64,000 nucleotides of DNA from a bacterium (lineage in GTDB: Bacteria > Zhuqueibacterota > Zhuqueibacteria > Residuimicrobiales > Krinioviventaceae), in contig CAXXFV010000016.1 in assembly GCA_963674595.2 (NCBI GenBank), forward strand, positions 32,001 through 96,000. The letters are read 5' to 3'. This document shows, in pieces, positions 8,847 through 19,790 of this stretch; position 1 is the first letter of the stretch; each line of letters begins with the position of its first letter. The notes beneath the pieces are model-generated. The model saw only the letters and a list, made by a program, of their open reading frames with translations. It ran no database searches and was not told where the DNA came from. The position numbers were made by a program, and so were the translations under genes.

Positions 8847-9086
8847 CTTTTACCTCTTGTTTGTTTCAAGGTTGAAACAGTGGAACATTTTGTTTAAATG
8901 TAATTGATATATGTATTTGAATAAAGATATAATTTCTTTAATAACAGCCACTGCCTAAAAATAAGGTACCGAGTTTATTTTATTTATGTCTGTAACAAAC
9001 TGTAACTTGGTTTTATTGCAATATTTATATTGATTGTATGTTAATTTCTATTAAATTAATTCTATTCACACTTTTGGTATAGATTA

Positions 9087-11363
9087 ATGGAGGACGTTTT
9101 GAAGTCAGTATGGATTATTCTGTTTATATTCTTTGTATTGTGTTTTAATGTAACAGCAAACACATTTATAACCGGCCAGGTATTTGATGCAGAAACAAAG
9201 AAACCTCTTTCGTCGGTAAATATTTTTTTTGAGAATTCTGTTTTGGGTTCATCATCTGATAACAATGGCCGCTATCAAATTCGTGTTGACAGTTTTGAAC
9301 AGGGGTGTCTGGTTTTTACCTGTGTTGGATATGAACAGGAAAAGAGAAAACTGGATGCAAATGAATCAGGCGAACAAGAATTACATATTTATTTAAAGCC
9401 GACTGTCATTCAATTAAATAAAAATATTGTCGTGACGGCTAACCGGTCCCGAAATGATGTTTTTAATGTGGTTGCTTCTGTTTCAGTGATGGAGAAGGGA
9501 CAGCTTGATCGTCGGTTGCCTCGTTCCACCCCCGAAGGATTGATTGAAACGTCCGGTGTTTGGATGCAAAAAACAAATCATGGCGGCGGATCCCCGTTTA
9601 TCCGAGGTTTGGTGGGCAACCAGGTATTAATACTGGTTGATGGTGTTCGGCTTAACAATGCTACATTTCGATATGGCCCCAATCAGTACCTGAGCACGAT
9701 TGATCCGTTCACCATATCACGGGTTGAAGCACTCCGGGGTTCCGGTTCTGTTTTATATGGCACCGATGCGCTGGGGGGTGTGATAAATCTGTTGACCAAA
9801 GAGCCACAGTTTATAAATGCAGGCTATAATATTTCCGGGGACGTTTATTCCCGTTTTATGAGTCATGGAATGGAAAAGACAGGCCGCTCGGAAATTCATT
9901 TTCAATCACCGGCGGTTGCTGTTATCGGAGGTTTTTCGCGCAAGAATTTTGGTGATATTTATGCCGGCGGAGGTATTGGCAAGGAAGCACCCTCTGGGTA
10001 TGAGGAATCCGATTGGGATGTTAAAACACGGATTAAACTTTTTTCAAAAGGCGAGTTGACGGTTGCCCATCAAAACGTATATCAGGATGATGTGCCGAGA
10101 TATGATAAAGTTTTTGAACAGGATTATAAAACCTATTCTTTTGATCCGCAAATTCGACGATTGTCTTACTTGAAGTATATAACCGATTTGTCTTCAAAAT
10201 GGATTCAGCAAGTAAGTTTGAACCTTTCCAGACATGAGTCCATTGAAGAACGAAAAAAACAAAAAAGAGAAGATCCGTTGCTGGTACAGGAAGAAGATAA
10301 AGTAAAAACATTTGGGATTAATCTGGATGTTTTATCAAGACCTTATACATTTTGGAAAGTAAATTCCGGAGTTGATTATTATAAAGATTATATTCATAGT
10401 TGGCGTAAGGATATTGATACGGATACGGGCCAGACGGTTTTGAAAAGAGGACTTTATCCTGATGATTCAAAAGCAGAAAATCTGGCAGTGTTTGTAACCA
10501 ATGATTTTGCTTTGGAAAAATTTAACATAACCTGTGGTGCCCGTTTTAATCATACAAAGTTAAATTTTTATAATGAAGGATTTGGATATCTTGAAAATAA
10601 TTCCGAATCTTTCGTTACCACACTTGGACTTGGTTATTTTATGAACCAAACCCTTCTTTTTGGTTCTGTTTCTCAGGGTTTCCGCGCCCCTAATATCAAT
10701 GATGTCAGCAGCTTGGGTGAATTTGATTATGGAACTGAAGTACCTAGTCCTGACCTTTCTCCTGAAAAATCCGTTAATATGGAACTGGGTGTTAAAAGCC
10801 GTTTTGATAGCTGGTCTTTTGCCGGTTCTGTCTATCGTAATGATCTGACGAATTTGATTGACCGGGTTAAAAGTACATATCTGGGGCAATCAATTTATGA
10901 GGGTTTAAATGTTTATAAAAAGCAAAATATTGACAAAGCGTATATTTACGGATATGAGATGGATATGGAGGTTGCTCTGCTAAAAAATGTTGTATTTCAG
11001 CAGAACTTGATTTATACCTATGGTGAAACGAGTGACTCGAAAGAGCCGTTACGCCGTATCCCGCCATTGTATGGCAAATCGAAAATTAAATGGCAGGTGT
11101 CCTCAAAGTTGTGGTATGAAACCGATTTGCAGTATGCCGGAAAACAGGACCGGTTGTCTTCCGGTGATATTGATGATCACCGTATTCCTGAAGGCGGAAC
11201 ACCGGGTTGGCAGATTTTAAATATGTATATGGGCTATTCGTTTCAAAATCTGGATGTTTCCGTTGGCGCTCAGAATTTATTCAACAAGGCCTATCGAATT
11301 CACGGTTCTGGAGTAGAGGGCTATGGCCGAAGCTTTTGGATAGGACTGCATTTCAAGTCTTGA
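9087..11363 (+). CDS. TonB-dependent receptor
   Basis: N-terminal CarboxypepD_reg-like domain, plug motifs (IRG, LVDGVRLN, VEALRGSGSVLYG.DALGGVIN), FRAPN and NLFNK..GR ends. The start may be TTG 9099 after GGAGG. Confidence 0.92.
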   Translation: MEDVLKSVWIILFIFFVLCFNVTANTFITGQVFDAETKKPLSSVNIFFENSVLGSSSDNNGRYQIRVDSFEQGCLVFTCVGYEQEKRKLDANESGEQELHIYLKPTVIQLNKNIVVTANRSRNDVFNVVASVSVMEKGQLDRRLPRSTPEGLIETSGVWMQKTNHGGGSPFIRGLVGNQVLILVDGVRLNNATFRYGPNQYLSTIDPFTISRVEALRGSGSVLYGTDALGGVINLLTKEPQFINAGYNISGDVYSRFMSHGMEKTGRSEIHFQSPAVAVIGGFSRKNFGDIYAGGGIGKEAPSGYEESDWDVKTRIKLFSKGELTVAHQNVYQDDVPRYDKVFEQDYKTYSFDPQIRRLSYLKYITDLSSKWIQQVSLNLSRHESIEERKKQKREDPLLVQEEDKVKTFGINLDVLSRPYTFWKVNSGVDYYKDYIHSWRKDIDTDTGQTVLKRGLYPDDSKAENLAVFVTNDFALEKFNITCGARFNHTKLNFYNEGFGYLENNSESFVTTLGLGYFMNQTLLFGSVSQGFRAPNINDVSSLGEFDYGTEVPSPDLSPEKSVNMELGVKSRFDSWSFAGSVYRNDLTNLIDRVKSTYLGQSIYEGLNVYKKQNIDKAYIYGYEMDMEVALLKNVVFQQNLIYTYGETSDSKEPLRRIPPLYGKSKIKWQVSSKLWYETDLQYAGKQDRLSSGDIDDHRIPEGGTPGWQILNMYMGYSFQNLDVSVGAQNLFNKAYRIHGSGVEGYGRSFWIGLHFKS

Positions 11364-11453
11364 TTACTGATTTTTTTCTACAGATGATTAGGTTTTATCT
11401 TATCTTAAAGGATTTTTTATGTATGCTTTATATATTTAAATGAGGTAGAAAGG

Positions 11454-12695
11454 ATGAAATTAAAAAAAATAGTAAAAATTCTTTTTGGTATATTACTTGT
11501 TTCCACTCCATCTTTTTCACAAAACATTGGTGACGTGATTTCTCCCTGGAAGACGGGAGAACTGGATATACATTTTATCAATACCGGTAAAGGAGAGGCT
11601 TGTTTTTATATATTTCCGGATGGGACCACGATGCTTGTAGACGCCGGTGCAACCTCAAGGACCGGACGCCGTGTAACAGAAATACGTCCCGATTCTTCGC
11701 ATACGCCTGGCGAATGGATTGTTCGTTATCTTAAAAATCTTCCCGGCAATGAGTCCATTTCTTTTTTAGATTATGTACTGTTGACCCATTTTCACGATGA
11801 CCATATCGGTAGAGTGACAGAGAACAGCACGTATTCGTCATCAAAAATGTATCAGCTCAGCGGTGTTACACAAGTCGGTGAAGACCTGATTATGAAAAAA
11901 ATTATCGATCGTGGCTGGCCGGATTATGATTATCCCTATCCTTTGGAAAATCATAATATGACGAATTATCAAGCCTTTTTAAAATGGCAAATCGCAAACA
12001 ATCAAACTGTTGTTGAGCATTTTAAACCCGGACGGGATGATCAAATCGTGCTTGTAAACCGACCTGAGGAGTTTAATGATTTTGAAATTCGCAATATCGC
12101 CGTTAATGGAGTGATATGGACAGGTGTTGATTCTGAAACTAGAAATCATTTTCCGGCTTTGGAAGATATTGGTCCTGATGAATTTCCCAGTGAAAATATG
12201 TGCAGCATTGCTTTTAGATTATCCTATGGAAAGTTTGACTTTTTTAACGGTGGAGACATTACCGGTGTTTTGGATGATGGAGCCCCTCTGTGGCATGATG
12301 TTGAAACGCCGGTGGCCAGGGCTGTCGGACCTGTTGAGGTTAACGTATTGAACCATCATGGCTACCTTGATACTGAAAATGCTTTTTTTCTAAGTGCTTT
12401 AAGGCCGCAAGTACACATCATCCAGGCGTGGTCACCCAGTCATCCTTCGCCCCGTGTGTTAAGACGATTGCTTTCTGAAAAGATATATCCTGGTCCACGC
12501 GATATATTTGCGACAAATATAATGGAAGCAAATAAAATTGTGATCGGTTCCGGTCTGGAAAAATTAAAAAGCGATCAGGGACATGTTGTCGTGCGTGTTG
12601 CTCCAACGGGAAGCACTTTTAAGGTTATTATCTTGGATGACAGCACAGAATCTTATAGAATTAAAGATGTTTTTGGGCCATATGAGTCGAAATAG
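11454..12695 (+). CDS. Secreted metallo-beta-lactamase-fold hydrolase (ComEC/Rec2-like)
   Basis: Signal peptide; MLVDAG, THFHDDHIG, GGD and NHHG motifs. Confidence 0.8.
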   Translation: MKLKKIVKILFGILLVSTPSFSQNIGDVISPWKTGELDIHFINTGKGEACFYIFPDGTTMLVDAGATSRTGRRVTEIRPDSSHTPGEWIVRYLKNLPGNESISFLDYVLLTHFHDDHIGRVTENSTYSSSKMYQLSGVTQVGEDLIMKKIIDRGWPDYDYPYPLENHNMTNYQAFLKWQIANNQTVVEHFKPGRDDQIVLVNRPEEFNDFEIRNIAVNGVIWTGVDSETRNHFPALEDIGPDEFPSENMCSIAFRLSYGKFDFFNGGDITGVLDDGAPLWHDVETPVARAVGPVEVNVLNHHGYLDTENAFFLSALRPQVHIIQAWSPSHPSPRVLRRLLSEKIYPGPRDIFATNIMEANKIVIGSGLEKLKSDQGHVVVRVAPTGSTFKVIILDDSTESYRIKDVFGPYESK

Positions 12696-12791
12696 GCGTA
12701 AACAGGATGGTTTTTATTTCTTCGAGCCAATCTTTTAACTAAAGCGTGGTGTTAATAACGGTCAAACGGGTAAGACTGTGAAAGGGAATAA

Positions 12792-15344
12792 ATGATGAAT
12801 GTTCATTTCCGGTATCTCAATAAACGAATTTGGGTGGCGAGTTGGTTTTGTATTGCAATGCTTTTAATTCTATCGTCATGGATTAAAGCGAATGTGATTA
12901 CCCATGACTCTCAGAACAAAACTGTTTTGCTGTCAACCAGGGATGGAAATTTTCAATTAAAACTCGATTATGGTGCCAAATGTGTCATCAATGAAATGAA
13001 AATTGAGCAAAATAACATTCTTGCACCGACCGGGATATTTAGCGGGGTAAAAACCGGTAAAGTGTGGTATACAACATCTTCCGGCATTCCTTCTCCTGTT
13101 GTAAATATCTCCGGAGATACTGTGGCCATCAAAGGTATCCAATTTGGCGGGACCGGAACTATAGTTCAGGAGGATTGGCGATTTATAGTAGAAAACAATA
13201 CAATCAAATGGAAGATAGATAGAGCTTATCTTTCTGGTAATTATTTTGAAGATATTTCATTTCCCTGTTGGCAATTTAATATGAAAACGTGGGATGGCTC
13301 CTTGTTAAACAATGGCGGTGTGGCGTGGTGTAAATTATTTGATCAAGAGAATTCAAGCTATGGCGTACATACGGATAAAGTTACTTTTTGGAACAAGGAT
13401 TTGGATATTTGTTTGCGAATTATTGCGGATGAAAATTCAGATAACTGTTATGCCGTGAAATTTAGCCGGTTACCGGGAGATATTTTTTCTTTTACACAGT
13501 ATGTAACGGATTATGAGCTTTTAACACGATATGACCATTACAGATATTTTAGTGATCGACAGGATATTTGGAAACCTGTAAATATAAATCAAAAAAAGAT
13601 AACAACAGAGTATACGCTTTTACCTTTAAAATATACGAATGAATATAAACGAGGAGAGTTTGCAAATCTGAATGGCGAGGCCATCAGCAGTATTGCAAAT
13701 ACCATAGCCCGTGTTGGTGTCATTGATTCTTATTTGCATGGCAGTAATAGTTGGCGCACGCCCTATGGCCCTGCCGTTTTACATGAACAATGGATTGCCC
13801 AATTGGGCCTGGCTATTGATGATCCGGCTTATTTTAAAGCCTATCAAAAAACCCTGGAGTTTCAGCGTGATCATGCAATAGAAAAAGATGGCCGGGTCAA
13901 GTCACGTTGGGCCTACCATGACGGTGACGCCATGCCGGCTAGTTATGATTCTTTGGGATTTTATGAATGTCAGTGGGGCTATTTATTGGATTCACAACCG
14001 GATTTTGTTATCAATGTATCCGAGCTTTATCAGTTTAATGGCGACCTGGAATGGGTAAAAACGTTTAAATCATCCTGTGAAAAGGTGCTGGCATATCTTC
14101 TTGATCGGGATTCTGACGAGGATTATTTGGTGGAAATGATTACAGATGATCATACCGACGCAAAAGGCAGTGACTGGATCGACGTTATTTGGGCATCTTT
14201 TGAAAATGCGTTTGTCAATGCCGAACTTTATTATGCTTTAACATTATGGTCTGATATTGAATTTCAAATGGGTGATTCAGTGGCGGCACAATATTATTCC
14301 GATTTCGCCGGGGAATTAAAACAAAGCTTTAATAAATCAATTCACAACGGGGGATTTTGGGACCCTGAAAACAAATGGTATGTTTATTGGCGTGATAAAG
14401 ACGATTCCATACACGGCAATAATTTGGTTGTGCCGGTTAATTTTATGGCTATTGCTTACGGACTATGCGAGGAAAAGACACATAGTCATGCCATCCTGGA
14501 CCGAATAGAAACAGAGATGCAAAATGAAAACTTGTTTTGCTGGCCTTTATGCATATATCCCTACAAAGATGGCGAGGGTCTGGATCGTGTTAATTTTCCC
14601 TATCCGAATTATGAGAACGGTGATATTTTTCTTGCCTGGGCCGAGTTGGGTATTCGCGCTTATGTCGATTATAAACCGGAAATACCGGTCAAATATATTA
14701 AAAATGTGCTAAAACAGTATGAAAAGGATGGGCTGGCTTTTCAACGGTATAAAAGAAAAACTCAAACAGGGGCCGGAGATGATATTCTGGCAAATAATTG
14801 CAGCGCCATTGTAGGGCTATACCGAAATATTTACGGTATACAACCGTACTATAACAGGTTGTATCTGAATCCACATCTGACGGAAGAGCTAAACGGAACC
14901 CGCCTTTATTATAAATTGAGGGACCAGGAGTATTTGATTACTTTGAATCAGGATGACTATGCTATAGAGGTAGATAGTTTTGTATTTCACTCTATGCACG
15001 ATTTCGCCGTGGACTGTAGGGAAAACACGGCTCAATATTTTTATAGAGATGAAGGCAAACCTTCTATGGTGATAAATAAATCCGGGAACGAACCTCTAAT
15101 TATCGATATTCAAAAATGGGATATCCCGAATCCGTGTCTTATAAAATGGAAAGAGTCATCTACAAACGAGAATATGACAACCAATCATAAAATCATGGGA
15201 CTGGAGCCAGATAATATGTTTGACGTTTATCTGAATGGTGAAAAATTTGTCTCATTAAAAAGTAATTCAGATGGGAAAATTCAATTCAAATGTGGGCAAG
15301 AATACCAGAAAATGTTAAATTTTGAGGTCAAGGCAGGGGATTGA
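12792..15344 (+). CDS. Secreted glycoside hydrolase-like protein with (alpha/alpha)6 barrel
   Basis: Signal peptide; YQFNGDLEW, DWID, NAELYYAL, FWD...Y and YENG motifs typical of six-hairpin glycosidases. Family not assignable by eye. Confidence 0.6.
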   Translation: MMNVHFRYLNKRIWVASWFCIAMLLILSSWIKANVITHDSQNKTVLLSTRDGNFQLKLDYGAKCVINEMKIEQNNILAPTGIFSGVKTGKVWYTTSSGIPSPVVNISGDTVAIKGIQFGGTGTIVQEDWRFIVENNTIKWKIDRAYLSGNYFEDISFPCWQFNMKTWDGSLLNNGGVAWCKLFDQENSSYGVHTDKVTFWNKDLDICLRIIADENSDNCYAVKFSRLPGDIFSFTQYVTDYELLTRYDHYRYFSDRQDIWKPVNINQKKITTEYTLLPLKYTNEYKRGEFANLNGEAISSIANTIARVGVIDSYLHGSNSWRTPYGPAVLHEQWIAQLGLAIDDPAYFKAYQKTLEFQRDHAIEKDGRVKSRWAYHDGDAMPASYDSLGFYECQWGYLLDSQPDFVINVSELYQFNGDLEWVKTFKSSCEKVLAYLLDRDSDEDYLVEMITDDHTDAKGSDWIDVIWASFENAFVNAELYYALTLWSDIEFQMGDSVAAQYYSDFAGELKQSFNKSIHNGGFWDPENKWYVYWRDKDDSIHGNNLVVPVNFMAIAYGLCEEKTHSHAILDRIETEMQNENLFCWPLCIYPYKDGEGLDRVNFPYPNYENGDIFLAWAELGIRAYVDYKPEIPVKYIKNVLKQYEKDGLAFQRYKRKTQTGAGDDILANNCSAIVGLYRNIYGIQPYYNRLYLNPHLTEELNGTRLYYKLRDQEYLITLNQDDYAIEVDSFVFHSMHDFAVDCRENTAQYFYRDEGKPSMVINKSGNEPLIIDIQKWDIPNPCLIKWKESSTNENMTTNHKIMGLEPDNMFDVYLNGEKFVSLKSNSDGKIQFKCGQEYQKMLNFEVKAGD

Positions 15345-15426
15345 TGAATAATACTATATCGCCGGTACATATTAACGAATAAGCGCTTGCAAGTGAGAGA
15401 TAGTTTCTCTGTTAAATTTAGGTGAT

Positions 15427-15458
15427 AAAAAAAAAGGCCGGTTATGAGCCGACCCTTT
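15427..15458 (-). terminator. Rho-independent terminator
   Basis: A9 tract then GGCCGGTT-ATG-AGCCGACC imperfect inverted repeat, between convergent genes. Confidence 0.6.
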
Positions 15459-15483
15459 AGGAGGAAATTTTTCTCGTTGATGT

Positions 15484-17799
15484 CTATTTAGATAAAACCA
15501 GTTTTTTGACATCGATATAGGCTGTTCCGGTATTGTTAAGGGGCAAGGTTTTTAGCCGATAAAAATAGACTCCGGATGGCATTTGCATTCCCTGGCTGTT
15601 ACAACCGTCCCATATCATGCTGTACATACCGTCTTGCAGATTTTGATGGACCAGGTCAATAACACGTTCACCTAGTATATTGAAAATTGTCAGTTCAGCA
15701 TACATTGGTTTTGGCAATTGAAATGAAATCGTGGTTTTTGGATTAAATGGATTGGGATAGGCCGAATGTAAACAAAAATTCATAGGTTGCAGGTTTGTAA
15801 GGTTTGCCACTTTTACATTATGATCATATGGCAGGGCTCCCATATCTGATACAGATCCATCATCATCAGTTATGGCAGGATCGCCCGTATCAATACATGG
15901 AGAATTCTGGGTCAGATGATAGTCAAATGGAGTGCCTCCAACGTAAAGCGGGTCCTGTTCAATTCTTCCGGTGCCGGGCAGGGCTGTCCATGTATTATCC
16001 GTTGGTCCAAAGTTTGTTCCGTTCCCAAAATAATCGTTATATTCAAATGAGCAAAAATCGGTCGAAACATCTTCAGTCTTAAAAATGCCGCTCTCCTGAT
16101 TGCTGGAAAATATATTATTGTAGATAAAAGTCCCATAAGCCTGATGCAGTGCAATACCGTATAAATTATTGTTGTCAATTGTATTGTTATAGATATCACA
16201 AGTATTATTGTTGTTCAGGTAAATTCCAATGTCACAGTTACGAATAATACAATGATGAACTCTTACGCTGCCAAATTTTGATAGAACGCCGTATTCAGGA
16301 GGAGAACCCTCTGCAGAGCCTGCGACAGTTATATCATGTATCTCTGCATCGAATGCCATCTCTATAATATACGGACTGTCATTATTCGTAATGATAACAC
16401 TGTCCGGTCCGGCTTTGCTATAAATTGTTACGCCGGGCTGCATGTCTATGCAATCGTTATAAATACCGGGTTCTACTTTAATTTTGTCTCCATAGTCACA
16501 CCCTGTCATGGCCTGGCTTATGGAAATCGGGCTGTCTGGTGAAATTGTAAACACTTTGGTGTAAAAATAATAAGAATAAACAGACCCAGAGTTGTTACCA
16601 TTGTCATCATCCTGACGTGAACTGATCATGATTGTGCCCCTGTTCATCGTGACCGGTAATCCAAACCAGTCACCATCGTCAATGTCCACAGGCACAATGA
16701 CTCTTTCGAGGTCCCATTGTGTACCGTTATGACGATATAAATATGCTTTACCTGCATTTTCCCCCCATTCATCATTTCCGTAAGCACCAATAATAAGCCG
16801 GTTCCCGACGATATCTAAGCTTGCACCAAAGTAATCGCTTGGTACATCATCAGGTTCCGGTGATATAATTTTTTGTTCTTCGATCCAATCGTTTTCCTGC
16901 CATTTATAAATATAAACCGATCCGGAACTGGTGCCTTTATCATCATCATAAGAGGCGCCAACAGCCAGGCGGTCTCCGTGCAGGGCTACCTGATGGAACC
17001 TGTCTCCAGCGGTCCCATCGTTTGCAATTATCTTTTTTTGCTGTACCCATTCTAAATCTACCTCTTGAAAAAGATAGACGGCACCGGCATCGACACCGTT
17101 TTCATTGTCATCGAAACGGGAACCTATTGCGATTGTATAGCTGTCAATATCGATTGATACACCAAACCAGTCACCTTCTGCCGCATCATCCGGTAACAGC
17201 TTTGTCACCTGGGTCCAGCTTTCATCATCCATTCGTTCATAAACATAGGCCGAACCAGTACGTGTTCCAAAATCATCGTCAAAAAAAGCGCCCACAACAG
17301 CCGTGTTGCCGTTATCCCTGATTGCTACGGTGATGCCAAATCGATTGTCTTCCCCTGCATCATCTGCTGTGAGTTTGGCTGTTTCCACCCAGGTATCGCC
17401 ATCACGTTTAAAGATATAGGCGGAACCGGATTTTTCACCTGCATCATCATCCCAGGGAGAACCAATGATGATATATTTATCACTAACCCCTACACTGTAA
17501 CCAAAATTATCCTCCTCTGCTCCATCGCTGGCAACTACCTTTTGTTGGAAAACCCATCCGGTATTATCTCTTTTATAAATATAAGCCGCACCCGCGTTTA
17601 TACCGTTTTCATTGTCATCTTCATTTGCACCCACTGCCGAATAATTAAAGCACAAATCGTTGCTGCGGCCAAACAAGTCGGTAGAGTCACCATCGAAAGC
17701 TGTGAGTTTTGTTTCAATCTGAGCGAATGACGGTTTAACCAAAAGAACAATTAGAAACAATTTACTGAAAAGCCGGAAATATCCAAATGATGTTTTCAT
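15484..17799 (-). CDS. Secreted protein: 7 FG-GAP repeats, right-handed beta-helix, T9SS/FlgD-like C-terminal sorting domain
   Basis: Likely start ATG 17799 (GGAG RBS, signal peptide). Seven D.FG...GA...D....GA.Y repeats, NosD-like beta-helix, SPCIDTGDP, and AYPNPFNP...WDG...SGVYFYRL tail. Confidence 0.85.
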   Translation of the reverse strand: MKTSFGYFRLFSKLFLIVLLVKPSFAQIETKLTAFDGDSTDLFGRSNDLCFNYSAVGANEDDNENGINAGAAYIYKRDNTGWVFQQKVVASDGAEEDNFGYSVGVSDKYIIIGSPWDDDAGEKSGSAYIFKRDGDTWVETAKLTADDAGEDNRFGITVAIRDNGNTAVVGAFFDDDFGTRTGSAYVYERMDDESWTQVTKLLPDDAAEGDWFGVSIDIDSYTIAIGSRFDDNENGVDAGAVYLFQEVDLEWVQQKKIIANDGTAGDRFHQVALHGDRLAVGASYDDDKGTSSGSVYIYKWQENDWIEEQKIISPEPDDVPSDYFGASLDIVGNRLIIGAYGNDEWGENAGKAYLYRHNGTQWDLERVIVPVDIDDGDWFGLPVTMNRGTIMISSRQDDDNGNNSGSVYSYYFYTKVFTISPDSPISISQAMTGCDYGDKIKVEPGIYNDCIDMQPGVTIYSKAGPDSVIITNNDSPYIIEMAFDAEIHDITVAGSAEGSPPEYGVLSKFGSVRVHHCIIRNCDIGIYLNNNNTCDIYNNTIDNNNLYGIALHQAYGTFIYNNIFSSNQESGIFKTEDVSTDFCSFEYNDYFGNGTNFGPTDNTWTALPGTGRIEQDPLYVGGTPFDYHLTQNSPCIDTGDPAITDDDGSVSDMGALPYDHNVKVANLTNLQPMNFCLHSAYPNPFNPKTTISFQLPKPMYAELTIFNILGERVIDLVHQNLQDGMYSMIWDGCNSQGMQMPSGVYFYRLKTLPLNNTGTAYIDVKKLVLSK

Positions 17800-18002
17800 T
17801 TTACTTTCTCCTAAATTGTTTTGATTGTACAAGTTTTTGATGATTTTGTGGTATAATATTGAATTTAACAACATTATTAAGGACAATTGTTAAAAAAGTC
17901 ACATAAATGCTATTTTTATCGAATTGAAATCTGTTAAAACCAAATCCGTGGAATTATTAGCGATGTTTCCCTTTTGTATTTTTGATAATTAGCTTGGTTG
18001 CC

Positions 18003-19283
18003 CTATTTTTCATTTTTAATAGTCAGGTTTTTAGAGTTTCCTTCAAAAAGATGGGTTAATGCGTCTTTTTTCATTTGTTTGATGTTGGTGCAGCTTATAT
18101 CCTTAACATCAGCTTTAACGATTACAGCATATCGGGCATTTTTAGCAACGATATTAGAAACAGAAATGTTGCTGAGATTGCCTTGTTTATACCCGCTTCC
18201 ATATCCCGTATAGATTTTAACGCACGCTTCGCGAGTTGAGGGCGCCTCTTCTATGACATGGTCTATTGAAATATTATAGACCCTTGGGGATGTTGCAAGA
18301 CAAATGACGCCGTGATGGTTCCCGCCGGTCAGGATGTTTCGTATGGCAATATCGTGTATGTCGGCGGCATCTCCCTCAAAGTCGAGTCCTTCTGGCTGCA
18401 TGGGATAAACATAATTTGAGTGCGGGGTTAAGTATGTACCGTTTAATGCCGTGCATGCAATCGTATCATCACTGGTAGAACCGGATATATTTTCGACAAA
18501 ACAAAATGAGCATCCATTACGGAAATCAATCCCGTCACCGTTTTTAACGCTTGTATGAAAAATAATGTCATGCAAATAACCGTAGGAACACTGTCCCTGT
18601 GAGATAGCCCAGCAGTGGGTTTTGTGCATGGTAAACCCGGATATTTCATAGCCGGTCGTGAGTGACAGCAGAATGCCGACAGTGCGCCATCCATAAAAAT
18701 CCCCGGTCCACTTTGTGGTCTTTCCTGTCTTTGGATTTATCCCTTCATAGGGATTATCAGCTCCTTCTATAATGGCGTTATTTCGCCCCGTAATTCTGAT
18801 GTTTTTTGTGGAATCGACCTTACAGAATCCATTGGGGTTATCCGGATTGGGGTGAATGCCGGCCACGCGAATAATATTGTCAAACACTTTGTCAGCGAGT
18901 TTAAGGATACAACCATCGATTACAAGTTCGGTATTGGACGATAGAAGAATTGCCCGGTCGATTATCCAGTTTTGTTTATCGAGAACAAGTGTTAATGGCG
19001 TACCCGGCTTGCCAACAGAAGCCATTGCCGCTTCTATTGCTTCGGAATGTGAACGATCCTTAAGAAAATCAGCCGCATATACAACAGGAGCGGGAATACG
19101 TTGCGGAACATAACGATCAACAAATTCTTTGCCGGAGAGTGTGGCCAACTCTCCGAAATAAATTTTTTCCGGTATCAAGTCGGTACCTTTATCCCCGGCA
19201 TAGTTGGATGCCGGAAGGAGTGTAAATAATATGTAAAACCGAATTAGAAATTTTTTTATAGCATTTTTTAAAGATAGTACCAT
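18003..19283 (-). CDS. Pectin-lyase-fold (GH28-like) beta-helix protein
   Basis: NGDGIDF and TSDDTIA resemble the GH28 NTDG/GDD motifs; repeated I.N.I.N strands. Start uncertain (ATG 19283). Confidence 0.65.
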   Translation of the reverse strand: MVLSLKNAIKKFLIRFYILFTLLPASNYAGDKGTDLIPEKIYFGELATLSGKEFVDRYVPQRIPAPVVYAADFLKDRSHSEAIEAAMASVGKPGTPLTLVLDKQNWIIDRAILLSSNTELVIDGCILKLADKVFDNIIRVAGIHPNPDNPNGFCKVDSTKNIRITGRNNAIIEGADNPYEGINPKTGKTTKWTGDFYGWRTVGILLSLTTGYEISGFTMHKTHCWAISQGQCSYGYLHDIIFHTSVKNGDGIDFRNGCSFCFVENISGSTSDDTIACTALNGTYLTPHSNYVYPMQPEGLDFEGDAADIHDIAIRNILTGGNHHGVICLATSPRVYNISIDHVIEEAPSTREACVKIYTGYGSGYKQGNLSNISVSNIVAKNARYAVIVKADVKDISCTNIKQMKKDALTHLFEGNSKNLTIKNEK

Positions 19284-19751
19284 ATTCTGTTCGCTTTTAT
19301 TAACGGTTTTTGCTCGGTGTTTTCCATTGAAAAAAATGGTATGGTAATGCTTGTACACTAAAATTGTATTGTTGTACTTTTTTAGAACTATTGGACATTA
19401 TTTAGAAATGCAAACAGAAACACCATAATGATTTAATGATTTTGCTGGTTAAAAAGAGGGATATGATTTTTTATCCGACGTAATTACTTCCTCCTGCCTG
19501 CTGTTAATACCCGTATTTAAGATGAAAACCGGTTTAAGGTCTATCAGGAACTCCCATGATTACCCAATTGTCCTGAAAAACAATCAGTTATCGTTGATGA
19601 TTGAATTGTACAAAATAAATTGTCGCGGTGCAAGAATTTTTTAATATTTTTCAAACTTTTCTACGTTCTCAAGATGAGTATTTATATTGTAAACCGGATT
19701 TTACCAGAATTTTTAATGAGAGATGGTTGCCCTGGTAAATTCTGTTGATAT

Positions 19752-19780
19752 AAAAAAAGGCCGGTCAAACGACCGGCCTT
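19752..19780 (-). terminator. Rho-independent terminator
   Basis: A7 then GGCCGGTC-AAAC-GACCGGCC, just downstream of the 9-heme cytochrome gene. Confidence 0.85.
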
Positions 19781-19790
19781 AATAATTGGG

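Noticed and set aside
19360-19750. ncRNA or gene remnant in the ~390-bp intergenic gap
   Set aside because: Only short (7-8 bp) inverted repeats, as expected in AT-rich DNA; no recognisable family.
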